Source: an uncultured bacterium
GTDB taxonomy: Bacteria; Myxococcota_A; Polyangia; Polyangiales; Houyiibacteriaceae
Length of the DNA stretch: 38,656 nucleotides
Direction of reading: 5' to 3'
Assembly (NCBI GenBank): GCA_965369435.1
Contig: CBDURI010000002.1
Span: 1-38,656, forward strand
This document shows positions 24,884 to 36,415 of the stretch, piece by piece. The notes beneath the pieces were generated by a model. The model was not told the origin of the DNA and made no database searches. It saw only the letters and a list, made by a program, of their open reading frames with translations. The position numbers were made by a program, and so were the translations under genes. Within the stretch, counting starts at the first letter, position 1, and every line of letters starts with the position of its first letter.

Positions 24884-26113
24884 ATGGCGGAAAACGAGAT
24901 CATTGCAGGGTTGGATCTGGGGTCGACGAAGGTCTGTGCGATCGTAGCAGAGCAGTCGGAAGAAGGCCTAGACATCATCGGGATAGGCTCCGTACCTTCA
25001 AAGGGTTTGAAGAAAGGCGTCGTCGTCAACATCGAGTCGACCGTGCAGGCGATTCGTGCGGCGGTGGAGCAAGCCGAGACGATGGCTGGCGTCGAGATCA
25101 ACGCGGTCTACGCCGGCATCGCCGGGAGCCACGTGCGGGGCATGAACCAAGACGGCGTCGCGGCCATCGCGAACCGGGAGGTCGCGATCGAGGATGTCAC
25201 CCGGGTCCTCGAGCAGGCCAAGGCCGTGCCGCTGCCCGGCGACCGCCAAGTGATTCACGTGCTTCCACAGGAGTACATCGTCGACGAGCAGGACGGGATC
25301 AAGGAACCCATCGGCATGGCTGGCGTCCGCCTCGAAGCACGCGTGCACATGGTGACCGCCGCGTCGACGTGCATAGCGAATGTCACGAAGTGCGCGGAGC
25401 GTTGCGGACTCTTCGTGGAAGAGGTCGTGTTGCAGCCTCTGGCCAGCGCGCACGCCGTGCTGAGCGGCGACGAGCGAGAGATCGGCGGCGTACTCATCGA
25501 CATCGGCGGCGGCACCTCGGATATCATCATCTATGTCGACGGCGCGGTGGTGCACACCAGCTCGATTCCCATCGGCGGAATCAACCTCACGAACGACGTA
25601 GCCACGGGTCTTCGCACTCCGATGGCCGAGGCCGAGCGCATCAAGATCAAGTACGGCTGCGCGGCATCGCGCATGGTCGACGACGACGAAACCATCGAGG
25701 TGCCTTCGGTCGGGGGGCGGCCTCCGCGCTCGCTGCCCCGCCGGGTCCTCTGCGACATCATCGAGCCACGCGTGGAAGAGATCTTCGCCGCGTGTCGTCA
25801 CGTCATCGCCGAAACCGGCTACATGGACATGTTGGCTTCTGGAGCGATCGTCACTGGTGGGACGACTCTCCTAGATGGATTGCCTGAGCTTGCCGAGGAA
25901 GTCCTCGGCCTGCCGGTGCGTCGTGGAGCACCCACGGGCATAGGTGGATTGGTCGACGTCGTGAAGAGCCCATCCTACGCAACGGGCGTTGGCTTGGTGA
26001 AGCACGGAGCGGAGCAACTAGCGGGAACGTCCGCGCCCGAGCGCACAATCGAAGTGACCGCGAGTCGTGGACTCAGTCGCAAGATCGGCGCCTGGTTTAG
26101 AGAAGTGTTTTAG
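24884..26113 (+). CDS. ftsA: Cell division protein FtsA
   Basis: It has the actin-fold motifs GLDLGSTKVCAIV and IDIGGGTSD, and a C-terminal amphipathic membrane-targeting helix (SRKIGAWFREVF). A GAGAGAGG ribosome-binding site lies upstream. Confidence 0.96.
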   Translation: MAENEIIAGLDLGSTKVCAIVAEQSEEGLDIIGIGSVPSKGLKKGVVVNIESTVQAIRAAVEQAETMAGVEINAVYAGIAGSHVRGMNQDGVAAIANREVAIEDVTRVLEQAKAVPLPGDRQVIHVLPQEYIVDEQDGIKEPIGMAGVRLEARVHMVTAASTCIANVTKCAERCGLFVEEVVLQPLASAHAVLSGDEREIGGVLIDIGGGTSDIIIYVDGAVVHTSSIPIGGINLTNDVATGLRTPMAEAERIKIKYGCAASRMVDDDETIEVPSVGGRPPRSLPRRVLCDIIEPRVEEIFAACRHVIAETGYMDMLASGAIVTGGTTLLDGLPELAEEVLGLPVRRGAPTGIGGLVDVVKSPSYATGVGLVKHGAEQLAGTSAPERTIEVTASRGLSRKIGAWFREVF

Positions 26114-26122
26114 GAGGAATCG

Positions 26123-27340
26123 ATGGCTATCTCGATCGAGTTCGCAGACGACGCAGAACTTCATGCACGTATCAAAGTCGTTGGTGTTGGCGGCAGTGGC
26201 GGCAACGCGCTCAACACGATGATTCAAAGCGGCCTCGATGGGGTCGAGTTCATTGCGGCCAACACCGACGCGCAAGCGTTGGACCGCAGCTTGGCTCCTG
26301 TGAAGATTCAGCTCGGTCCGGAGCTCACGCGCGGACTCGGGGCAGGGGGCAATCCGGACGTCGGTCGCAAGGCTGCTCTCGAGGATGTGCAGCGCTTGTC
26401 CGAGGCTTTGGAAGGCGCGGACATGGTGTTCATCACCGCCGGAATGGGCGGCGGCACCGGCACAGGCGCAGCTCCGATCATTTCACAGGTCGCGCAGGAC
26501 CAAGGCGCGTTGACCGTGGGCGTCGTCACGCGGCCCTTCCTCTTCGAGGGACGTAAGCGCACCAAGAATGCCGAGCGCGGCATTCAAGAGCTCATCGACA
26601 CCATCGACAGCATCATCACGATTCCGAACCAGCGCCTAATGTCGCTCGGTGACGACGACATCACCATGCTCGACGCGTTTGCCCGCGCCGACGACGTGCT
26701 GCTCCAAGCGGTGCAAGGCATCAGCGATCTGATCATCAACGCCGGCATGATCAACGTCGACTTCGCCGACGTGAAGACGATCATGGCCAGCAACGGACGC
26801 GCGCTGATGGGCACGGGCATCGCGAAGGGCGACCGCCGCGCGCTCGAAGCCGCCGAGATGGCCGTGAATTCGCCGCTTCTCGACGAGGTGTCGGTGCAGG
26901 GTGCAACGGGCATCCTCATCAACTTCACCGCTGGCCCCGACATCAAGCTCCGCGAGATCAACGAAGCCGCAGGACTGGTGCAGCAGGCTGCGCACGAGGA
27001 GGCTGAGATCATCTTCGGTGTCGTCACCGATCCCGACCTGGCGGACACCGTCAAGGTCACAGTCATTGCGACCGGCTTCGAGAAAATGGCGGCCTCACCG
27101 ATTCCGCTGGGCCTTCACCACGCGATGTCGAGCGCTCAGAGCTCGAACGGCACTGCCGCCAATAGGGCCATGCGCCCGGCCCCTCCGCGAGCCGAGGATT
27201 TCTCTTCGACGCTCGAGGGAGTGCCTGCCGCCGTCCCACAGCACGCGGGAACGAGGGCATTTGGCGCGAGCGCACTTCACGATGAGGCGGTCTTGGACAT
27301 CCCCGCCTACCTACGCCGCGGTACACCTGTGACCGAGTAA
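26123..27340 (+). CDS. ftsZ: Cell division GTPase FtsZ
   Basis: It has the tubulin signature GGGTGTGAAP, then NTDAQAL, and the conserved C-terminal peptide LDIPAYLRRG. An AGGAGG ribosome-binding site lies 5 nt upstream. Confidence 0.98.
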   Translation: MAISIEFADDAELHARIKVVGVGGSGGNALNTMIQSGLDGVEFIAANTDAQALDRSLAPVKIQLGPELTRGLGAGGNPDVGRKAALEDVQRLSEALEGADMVFITAGMGGGTGTGAAPIISQVAQDQGALTVGVVTRPFLFEGRKRTKNAERGIQELIDTIDSIITIPNQRLMSLGDDDITMLDAFARADDVLLQAVQGISDLIINAGMINVDFADVKTIMASNGRALMGTGIAKGDRRALEAAEMAVNSPLLDEVSVQGATGILINFTAGPDIKLREINEAAGLVQQAAHEEAEIIFGVVTDPDLADTVKVTVIATGFEKMAASPIPLGLHHAMSSAQSSNGTAANRAMRPAPPRAEDFSSTLEGVPAAVPQHAGTRAFGASALHDEAVLDIPAYLRRGTPVTE

Positions 27341-27370
27341 GCTAAGAGTTATTTCATACACTTAGCTTGA

Positions 27371-27394
27371 AGCCCGGCACTGTCCGGGCTTTTC
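27371..27394 (+). terminator. Rho-independent terminator of the dcw cluster
   Basis: AGCCCGG (27371-27377) pairs with CCGGGCT (27384-27390) around a 6-nt loop, followed by TTTC. It is preceded by a second hairpin, GCTAAG...CTTAGC (27341-27366), directly after the ftsZ stop. Confidence 0.75.
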
Positions 27395-27575
27395 ACTTTC
27401 AGCCCCTCATCGCGACCTCGAGCCACGTTACGTAAACATCTCGTAAAAAGGCACACAGGGGCTTTGCTTCCCAGGGCAAACAAGTTAGCGTGCTGCCCAG
27501 TGGGGTCACGGATTCTGTTCGAATTTCACCCCTCTAGCTTAATAAGTGGCTTGTGAGATACTTAAGGACGGGTTG

Positions 27576-28004
27576 ATGGCGAGGCAGAGTGTTCAGTTGA
27601 GTGCGAGTGCGCGAGGTAGGTGTCCCTCCTTTGGGCTTCTTTGCTTCCTGTGCGCTTTCGTTGCCGCTGTTTTCGGCGCCCAGGATGCATCTGCCGATGC
27701 GCCCCTGCCGGCGATCAAAACCACCCAACTCGCAGTGCCGGCCGTGGTGCTCGGCGTGACGAACCCATATCTCCTCGCCGCGGTACTGAAGAAGCCAGAC
27801 ATCGTCGCCGCAGGGCTCGAGAGGCCCAGGGTGCGGCGCTTCACGTTTTCCAAGCACCTGCAGAAGCTGTACCGCCGGGCGGAGATCCTAGCCATCTACG
27901 GTGTGACTTTGAACCAGCGCAAAGTTGCTCACGAGGAGAAGCTCAACCTTCGCGTGCAGAGCAGGCTTGGCGGCGGCGTCCTTCAACTCCGTTACCGTCG
28001 ATAG
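27576..28004 (+). CDS. Small secreted hypothetical protein
   Basis: ATG 27576 is preceded by AAGGA. The N-terminus looks like a Sec signal peptide (basic residues, FGLLCFLCAFVAAVFGA, then QDASA/DAP). GC3 is moderate to high. I recognise no family. Confidence 0.5.
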   Translation: MARQSVQLSASARGRCPSFGLLCFLCAFVAAVFGAQDASADAPLPAIKTTQLAVPAVVLGVTNPYLLAAVLKKPDIVAAGLERPRVRRFTFSKHLQKLYRRAEILAIYGVTLNQRKVAHEEKLNLRVQSRLGGGVLQLRYRR

Positions 28005-28088
28005 CTGCGTAACGTCGACGCTCCATCGCGCCCATCCCGAGCCGTCCTCCTACGTAGAAGTCGACGCACGTCGGTGTCAGTGCCGGCG

Positions 28089-29015
28089 TTAGTCTTCCAG
28101 ACCGTATTCCTCGCGGCGGTCTGCCAAGTACTCGATGTAGTACTCGGCAGGCCTCTGCGGTTCGACGTCCCCTGCTTCCGCGGCGGCCGTGAGCTGCTTC
28201 ATCAAGTCCCCGAGGCGTTTCGACGGTGGGAGGCCGAATGCCTCCATGATCACTGTCCCCAGGCCCTTCGGAAGTGGCGCGACCCTGTTGTCTTCTTCTT
28301 GGAGCTCGCGGATTCGTTTTGCGAGCAGGCTGATCTGTTGCACCCCACGACGCCGCTTCTCCGGGCGCTTCGTCGTGATGTCTGCGCGGCTGAGGTCGAG
28401 CAGGTCGCGAAGACCATCGGACATTTGGTTGTAGAAGCGGCGGACGGCAGCGTCGGTCCAGTCTTCGTCGTACTGGGCTGCGCGAAGGTGGTGGAGGATG
28501 AGGAAGTGGATGCGGTCGCGCTCGGCGCCTTCGAAGCCGATCCGGTCGGCGACGCGCTTGCGAAACATGGCAGCGCCGACTTCGGCGTGACCGTGGAAGG
28601 TCACGTTTCCACGGTCGTCGATGCGACGCGTTTTGGGTTTGCCGATGTCGTGGAGTAGGGCGCCCCAGCGAACCTCGGCGCGCGGGACCGATTGCTTGAC
28701 GACTTGCTTGGTATGCTTCCAGACGTCCTTGTGGCGCCACTCGTTGTCGCCAAAGCCAACCATCGCTGCGACTTCAGGCAGCCATGCGTCGAGACAGCCC
28801 ACCGATTCGATGGCGTCGAGCCCAGGCTCGGGATGCTTCGAGGTGAGCAGACGGTCCATGAGCTCGCGGAACACCGGCTGCGGCACCGCACGCCACTCGG
28901 CGGGCGCGGGCCGCTCGGGCTTCCGGTCGAGAAGCGCGGGATCGCCGGCCACGTCGGCCGCCCAGGTCAACGCTTCAATGGCCCGTTCGGGCGTCATCTC
29001 TCGTGCTACGGACAT
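28089..29015 (-). CDS. HD-domain protein resembling the C-terminal half of CCA-adding enzyme / poly(A) polymerase (PcnA-type), without the nucleotidyltransferase head
   Basis: It has HKDVWKHTKQVVKQS, WGALLHDIGKPKTR and FHGHAEVGAAMFRKR...ILHHLR, which are the HD and RNA-binding region motifs. Length is 308 aa. It starts 3 nt after the hisC stop. Confidence 0.75.
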   Translation of the reverse strand: MSVAREMTPERAIEALTWAADVAGDPALLDRKPERPAPAEWRAVPQPVFRELMDRLLTSKHPEPGLDAIESVGCLDAWLPEVAAMVGFGDNEWRHKDVWKHTKQVVKQSVPRAEVRWGALLHDIGKPKTRRIDDRGNVTFHGHAEVGAAMFRKRVADRIGFEGAERDRIHFLILHHLRAAQYDEDWTDAAVRRFYNQMSDGLRDLLDLSRADITTKRPEKRRRGVQQISLLAKRIRELQEEDNRVAPLPKGLGTVIMEAFGLPPSKRLGDLMKQLTAAAEAGDVEPQRPAEYYIEYLADRREEYGLED

Positions 29016-29018
29016 CGG

Positions 29019-30113
29019 CTAGCCTAGTATATCGCGGAGCGCCTCGATGAGACGCTGATTCTCTTCTGGGGTTCCAACCGTGATCCGGATGCAGCTTCGG
29101 ACCCGCGAATCCCCGGTTGAAAACTGCCGCACGGCGATACTGCGCCGCAGCAACGCGGCGCATAGCTCCCCGACATCACCGGCGCACTGCACTAGCAGGA
29201 AGTTCGCATCGCTTGGGAAGCATCGGAGCGACTCGTGTTCGTCCAGGGCCGTTGCGAGTCGTTCGCGCTCCGCGACGACGCTGGTGATGTGCTCTTCGAT
29301 GACTGGGGCGAGGTCCGTCAGTGCGAGCGTCGCGATTTCCTGCGCAGCGGTGTTGAGATTGAACGGCTGACGCACTTTCTCGAGCTCCGCCGAGAGTGCT
29401 TCGTGGATGCGCACCCAGCCGACCCGAATGCCTGCAAACCCCACTTTGGACAAGGTGCCCATCAATGCGCAGTGAGGGCGTTCCTCTGCGAACGTGGCAA
29501 ACGACTGCCCGGAGTAGGGCCCATACGCTTCGTCGATGACGTGCAGCGAGTCGGGGAAGGCGTCGATCAGCGCTTCGAGCTTGGTGCGCGAAAAACAATT
29601 GCCAGTGGGATTGTTCGGGCTTGCGTAGTAGACGACGTTGGGATTCGTCCGTTCGAGCGCGTCAGCCATCGCATCCGCGTCGAGGTCCCATGCGCCGTCC
29701 AGGGGCACACCGACCGCGCGCCAGCCGTGTGCGCGGCTCGTCATCCCATACATTACGAACGTTGGTTCGGGGAACACGACCGCCGGGCGCTCCGCATTCG
29801 CTCTCGATCGACACATCGCGGTCGCCATCAGCGAGATGAGCTCGTCCGAACCAACCCCCAGGACGTACTCGTCCGCGCTTCCGCCGAGTCCGTGGGCCAG
29901 TGCTTCACGTAGCTTGGTCGCTCGGCCGTCGGGGTAGCGATTCAGCTCGCTCGCGTGCAATACGGCCGCGATCCGTGCGCGGGCCGCCGGTGGCAACGGC
30001 CAGGGGCTCTCGTTCGCATCGAGCTTCACCGCGGGCGGGGCAGGCGGCACCCGATACGCGGATAGCTCATCGAGCTCGGCCCGAAACAGCGCTTTGAGGG
30101 ATTCGATCGACAT
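29019..30113 (-). CDS. hisC: Histidinol-phosphate aminotransferase
   Basis: It has KLDANESPWPLP, YASPNNPTGN and TLSKVGFAGIRVGW (PLP Lys) motifs. Length is 364 aa. Confidence 0.88.
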   Translation of the reverse strand: MSIESLKALFRAELDELSAYRVPPAPPAVKLDANESPWPLPPAARARIAAVLHASELNRYPDGRATKLREALAHGLGGSADEYVLGVGSDELISLMATAMCRSRANAERPAVVFPEPTFVMYGMTSRAHGWRAVGVPLDGAWDLDADAMADALERTNPNVVYYASPNNPTGNCFSRTKLEALIDAFPDSLHVIDEAYGPYSGQSFATFAEERPHCALMGTLSKVGFAGIRVGWVRIHEALSAELEKVRQPFNLNTAAQEIATLALTDLAPVIEEHITSVVAERERLATALDEHESLRCFPSDANFLLVQCAGDVGELCAALLRRSIAVRQFSTGDSRVRSCIRITVGTPEENQRLIEALRDILG

Positions 30114-30154
30114 GCGAATTCACCGGTCGGCCGGGGTCATGGCACGCCGTGGGC

Positions 30155-30204
30155 AAGAGTAAAGTCGCCGCAAAATGGCCGTAAAGTGGCCGTAAAGTCG
30201 CCGC
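30155..30204. repeat. Tandem array of 11-bp units upstream of hisC
   Basis: The units are aagaGTAAAGT (30155-30165), cgccGcAAAaT (30166-30176), ggccGTAAAGT (30177-30187) and ggccGTAAAGT (30188-30198), followed by a partial cgccgc. The last two full units are identical. Confidence 0.8.
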
Positions 30205-30210
30205 CTCGAA

Positions 30211-31029
30211 TCAGTGCAAAACCAGGTCGGCTTGCTCTCGGGCCTCTTCGAGGGCGCGGCTGATGACCTGGGCATCCTTGGCGTCCGGTCGCGCCTCGAG
30301 ATACGCGGCCAAGTCTTCCGAGGCGGCGCCGTAGGTGCGTAAGGCGTGGGCCAGCAAACCGCGGTCGCGGCGGTGCTCCGGCGCCTGCGTGAGCTCGACC
30401 AAGTGGTCGCACGCCAGCATGGCCCTGGCGTAGTCTCCTTGGCGGCGATGCGCGTTCTTGAGGTTCGCCAACATACGAATCGTGATCGTGAGGCAGTCCA
30501 CTGGCTCGAGGTAACTCGGGTGGATCGCCATTTCCGCACCGAGGAACTGTGCGGCGAGCTTTCGCAAGCCTTGACCGTCTAACAGTTCACCACCGTGGAA
30601 CGGGTCTTGATAGACGCCGTTGGCCCCGCCGACGCGGACCAAGAAGTGACCAGGGAACCCCACGCCCTCGACTTCCATCCCCGCCCGCTCGCCGACCGCT
30701 ATCGTCAGCACCGAAAGTGAGATCGGAATCCCCTTGCGGCGGAGCATCACTTTGTCGAGGTAGTTGTTGTAGGGGTTGTAGTAATCGTCGTGGTCGCCCT
30801 CGAACCCGAGATCTTCGAAAAGCAGCTCTGCGAGGATCCGTCCGTCACGCTCAGGCGTCGAGCGAAGGCCGCGCCGGATCAATGCTTCGGCGCCGAGGCC
30901 ATCGAGACCGCGCCGCATCGTGCGATCGTCGAGCAGCGGGTCGGCTTCGGTGGCAAGGATGATGGCAACGTCGTCGACCCGTACGTTGGGACGTTGCAAC
31001 ACCGACACCAAGGGATCTACGCTCGCCAC
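30211..31029 (-). CDS. SirB1-family protein (transglutaminase-like N-domain plus TPR-like C-domain)
   Basis: It has YYNPYNNYLDKVMLRRKGIPISLSVLTIAVGERAGMEVEGVGFPGHFLVR, which is the characteristic SirB1/YchA-like core, followed by a helical repeat tail. Confidence 0.75.
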   Translation of the reverse strand: MASVDPLVSVLQRPNVRVDDVAIILATEADPLLDDRTMRRGLDGLGAEALIRRGLRSTPERDGRILAELLFEDLGFEGDHDDYYNPYNNYLDKVMLRRKGIPISLSVLTIAVGERAGMEVEGVGFPGHFLVRVGGANGVYQDPFHGGELLDGQGLRKLAAQFLGAEMAIHPSYLEPVDCLTITIRMLANLKNAHRRQGDYARAMLACDHLVELTQAPEHRRDRGLLAHALRTYGAASEDLAAYLEARPDAKDAQVISRALEEAREQADLVLH

Positions 31030-31130
31030 TGTTCTAAACCTGCGTTGAAGTAGATTGACCCATCGAATGCCGATGTCGAGCCGGCCAGTGTGCTACACCG
31101 ACCTTGTTCAGCAGCGTATGTGTTGTTCCG

Positions 31131-31738
31131 ATGCTTGACGAATTTCTGCACATATTGGAGCACGGATCTCAATACTGGGCCTACGTGCTCGTCGTTGCCG
31201 CCAGTGCGATCGAGTACGTTTTCCCGCCAATGCCCGGAGATACTGTCGCACTGTTCGCAGTGGCGTTAGCCGTTCGCTCGCAATTGCATTGGGCGTTCGT
31301 GTACCTCGCGATGACGCTCGGCGCGCTCTTAGGCGGGCTCGCGGCGTGGGGCTTTGGCGTTTGGCTGGCAGACCACGAAGACAATTGGCCTCCGTTCTTG
31401 AAAACGCCTAGCGCCACACGGGCCCTCGACGCAGTGCGTCGTGGCTACGAGCGGCACGGCGCGATGTACCTCGCGGTCAATCGGTTCTTGCCGGTGCTTC
31501 GAGCGTTTTTCTTCGTCGGCGCCGGGTTGTCTCGAATGAGCGCAGGCCGGGTCATTGTCTTCGGGGGGATCTCTGCGGCGCTCTGGAACGCCTTGTTGAT
31601 GGCCCTTGGCTACGCGGTCGGCAACAACTGGGAGTCACTGAGCGAGCTGGCCGAACGCTACACCGCCGCGACGCTGCTCCTCGTTGCCGTTGCGGTCATG
31701 GCAGCCGTCGGCCGTTTCGTGTGGGATAGCCGACGCGC

Positions 31739-31742
<4 letters not shown>
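31131..31742 (+). CDS. DedA-family (SNARE-associated) membrane protein
   Basis: It is a multi-pass membrane protein with the [13 protein letters not shown] re-entrant loop motif and a later [14 protein letters not shown] motif. The start could be ATG 31131 or TTG 31104. Confidence 0.7.
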
Positions 31743-32524
<782 letters not shown>

Positions 32525-32535
32525 CGATCGATCCC

Positions 32536-34467
<1,932 letters not shown>

Positions 34468-34475
34468 GACGACCT

Positions 34476-35123
34476 TTACAGTGTGACTAGCCCAGCGAGC
34501 ACCGAAATCGGGAACGACAGGTTACCGATGGTGATCATGGCGGAAATCGCGATGGCTGCATCGCGGCGATAGGTGTCGTACCGAGGATGGCTGGCGCCAA
34601 GCGTCTGGAACGCGCTGAAGATGCCGTGAAAGATGTGGAAGCCGAGGGCCACATTCCCGGCGATGTACACCCCGGCGATCACCGGGTTCTGAAAGCCCTC
34701 GACGACGTTGCGATACACATCGCCGGGATGTGCTGGCAGGATCGTGAAGTGCAATAGGTGGTACACCACGAAGAGAAAAAGAATCGGACCTGACCAGTAC
34801 ATCGTCCGCGCCGCGTAGTCGGTCGCGAGGTCGTTCCGCTTCTCATAGCGCGAGCCTCGAGCTTTGAGATTGCGGACCCACAGCGAGACTGCGGCCCAGA
34901 TGTGTGCGCCGAAAGCAAACAGCAGGACCAGACGTGTTCCCCATACCAAAGGCGGCAAGCTCTGCAGCTTCTCGGCGTAGCCGTTCATGGCCTCTGGGCC
35001 GAGGTAGAGGTTCAGGTTGCCTAGGAAGTGCCCGATGGTGAAGCCCACGATGATCACGCCGGACAGGGCCATGATCACCTTTTTCCCGATGGTTGTTTGA
35101 TGGAGCGTTAGAGCTCGTTGCAT
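34476..35123 (-). CDS. sdhC: Succinate dehydrogenase cytochrome b (b558-type, five transmembrane helices) subunit
   Basis: It starts at ATG 35123, preceded by GGAGGA. It is a hydrophobic 215-aa protein with spaced His residues (GHFLGN, FGAHIW, YHLLHF, GFHIFHG). It lies immediately upstream of sdhA. Confidence 0.85.
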   Translation of the reverse strand: MQRALTLHQTTIGKKVIMALSGVIIVGFTIGHFLGNLNLYLGPEAMNGYAEKLQSLPPLVWGTRLVLLFAFGAHIWAAVSLWVRNLKARGSRYEKRNDLATDYAARTMYWSGPILFLFVVYHLLHFTILPAHPGDVYRNVVEGFQNPVIAGVYIAGNVALGFHIFHGIFSAFQTLGASHPRYDTYRRDAAIAISAMITIGNLSFPISVLAGLVTL

Positions 35124-35184
35124 GGGTCCTCCTCTACAACAACCGTGGGGCCTTGCCACGCGGCGGGGGCACAAAGCAAGCGTT

Positions 35185-36321
35185 TCAGAGTTCAGGTGGG
35201 TCGTAGTACTCGACGAGATCTCCGCGGAACGTTTCGAGCACCGTCACGCCGCCGCCCTCGCTCACCAGGTAATTCGGCCCGATTGGCACTTTGCCGAGGC
35301 CGCCTGGCGTATCGACGATGAGCTTGGGGAGCGCAATTCCGCTCACGCGTCCTTGAAGGGCTGCCATCAGCTCGATGCCGCGCCGCAACGGCGTCCGTAG
35401 ATGCCCAGTTCCGCCGACGGGGTCCATTTGCAAGAGGTAGTAGGGCCGAACACGCGACCGGACGAGACCTCGAAACAATGCTTCGAGTGTGTGGAGATCG
35501 TCGTTGACGCCTCGAAGCAGGACGGTTTGATTCATCACCGGGAGGCCGGCGTCCGCCATGCGCGCGCATGCTGCGCGTGCCTCGTCGGTCAGTTCTTTCG
35601 GGTGGTTGAAATGGGTCATCACCCAAGTGGCGTCGTGGCTCTCACGAATGGCGTGGCAAAGCTCCTCTGTGATTCGCTGGGGGAGGGTGACCGGCGCCCG
35701 CGTGGCGAGGCGCACATAGTCGACGTGGTCGATGTCCCGAAGCCGCCGGAGGAGCCTGGCAAGCCGCTCGGTGGACATCACGCAGGGGTCGCCGCCCGAG
35801 ACGATGACATCGTGGATTTCCGGGTGGGCCTCGATCCACTCGAACGCGGGGCTCAGGGCAGCCATCGAGCGTGCTCCACCGCCATCGCCGACGAGCCTCG
35901 ATCGCGTACAGAAACGACAATAGACGCCGCAGCGATCGGTGGCGACCAAGAGGACGCGATCCGGGTAGCGTTGAATCAGGTGAGGGGCGACCTCGTGAGC
36001 CTCCTCACCCAATGGGTCGCGGAGGTCGCCTTTGACCGCGATCGCCTCCTCCGCGCGAGGGATGCACTGGCGGCGAATCGGGCAGTCCGGGTCGACCGGG
36101 TCACAGAGCCCCAAATAGTACGGGGTGATCGAAATCGGCAGGCCCGCGGCCATCGCGCGGCTCGCGCCAATTCGCTCCGCATCCGTGAGGGTCAGGGCCT
36201 TGTCGAGGGCTTGTAAATTCGTCGCCGAGTGCTGCGCTTGCCAGCGCCAATCGCCCCAATTCGACTCTTCGAAATATGAAGCTTCGCGAGAATTTAGAGG
36301 CACCGCGCGCACGGCGTGCAC
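35185..36321 (-). CDS. KamA-family radical SAM aminomutase (lysine 2,3-aminomutase-like)
   Basis: It has WGDWRWQ, PISITPYY, HRYPDRVLL-type QRYPDRVLLVATDRCGVYCRFCTR (CxxxCxxC), VSGGDP and VRPYYLLQMD motifs. The start is uncertain. I chose GTG 36321. The longer track start at 36579 would overlap pckA. Confidence 0.85.
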   Translation of the reverse strand: MHAVRAVPLNSREASYFEESNWGDWRWQAQHSATNLQALDKALTLTDAERIGASRAMAAGLPISITPYYLGLCDPVDPDCPIRRQCIPRAEEAIAVKGDLRDPLGEEAHEVAPHLIQRYPDRVLLVATDRCGVYCRFCTRSRLVGDGGGARSMAALSPAFEWIEAHPEIHDVIVSGGDPCVMSTERLARLLRRLRDIDHVDYVRLATRAPVTLPQRITEELCHAIRESHDATWVMTHFNHPKELTDEARAACARMADAGLPVMNQTVLLRGVNDDLHTLEALFRGLVRSRVRPYYLLQMDPVGGTGHLRTPLRRGIELMAALQGRVSGIALPKLIVDTPGGLGKVPIGPNYLVSEGGGVTVLETFRGDLVEYYDPPEL

Positions 36322-36415
36322 CTTACTTCGAGTCTGGTGGCCGGCAACTCTCCTTGCTCCTGGACACGCACGGGAAACATTGTCATATGGCACTGTCTGA
36401 GAAAGCGGAGAGAGT

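Noticed and set aside
27450-27467. Sigma-54-like GGCAC ... TTGC upstream of the small secreted protein gene
   Set aside because: The GG-to-GC spacing is 16 nt instead of the required 12. A similar TGGCAA...TTG upstream of sdhC (antisense of about 35135-35160) also has the wrong spacing.
27501-27535. GTTCGAAT (27517-27524) resembling a tRNA T-loop
   Set aside because: The flanking bases cannot form a 5-bp T-stem, and no acceptor, D or anticodon arms can be drawn. It is not a tRNA.
28005-28088. Possible bidirectional terminator between the secreted-protein gene and the HD-domain gene
   Set aside because: There are only short elements: a repeated GTCGACGC, a CTACGTAG palindrome, and a 6-bp stem that includes a G-U pair. 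There is no U-tract.
35124-35184. Possible terminator between the KamA-family gene and sdhC
   Set aside because: There is only a 5-bp stem (CGTGG/CCACG) with a GU-rich rather than U-rich tail. That is too weak to call.
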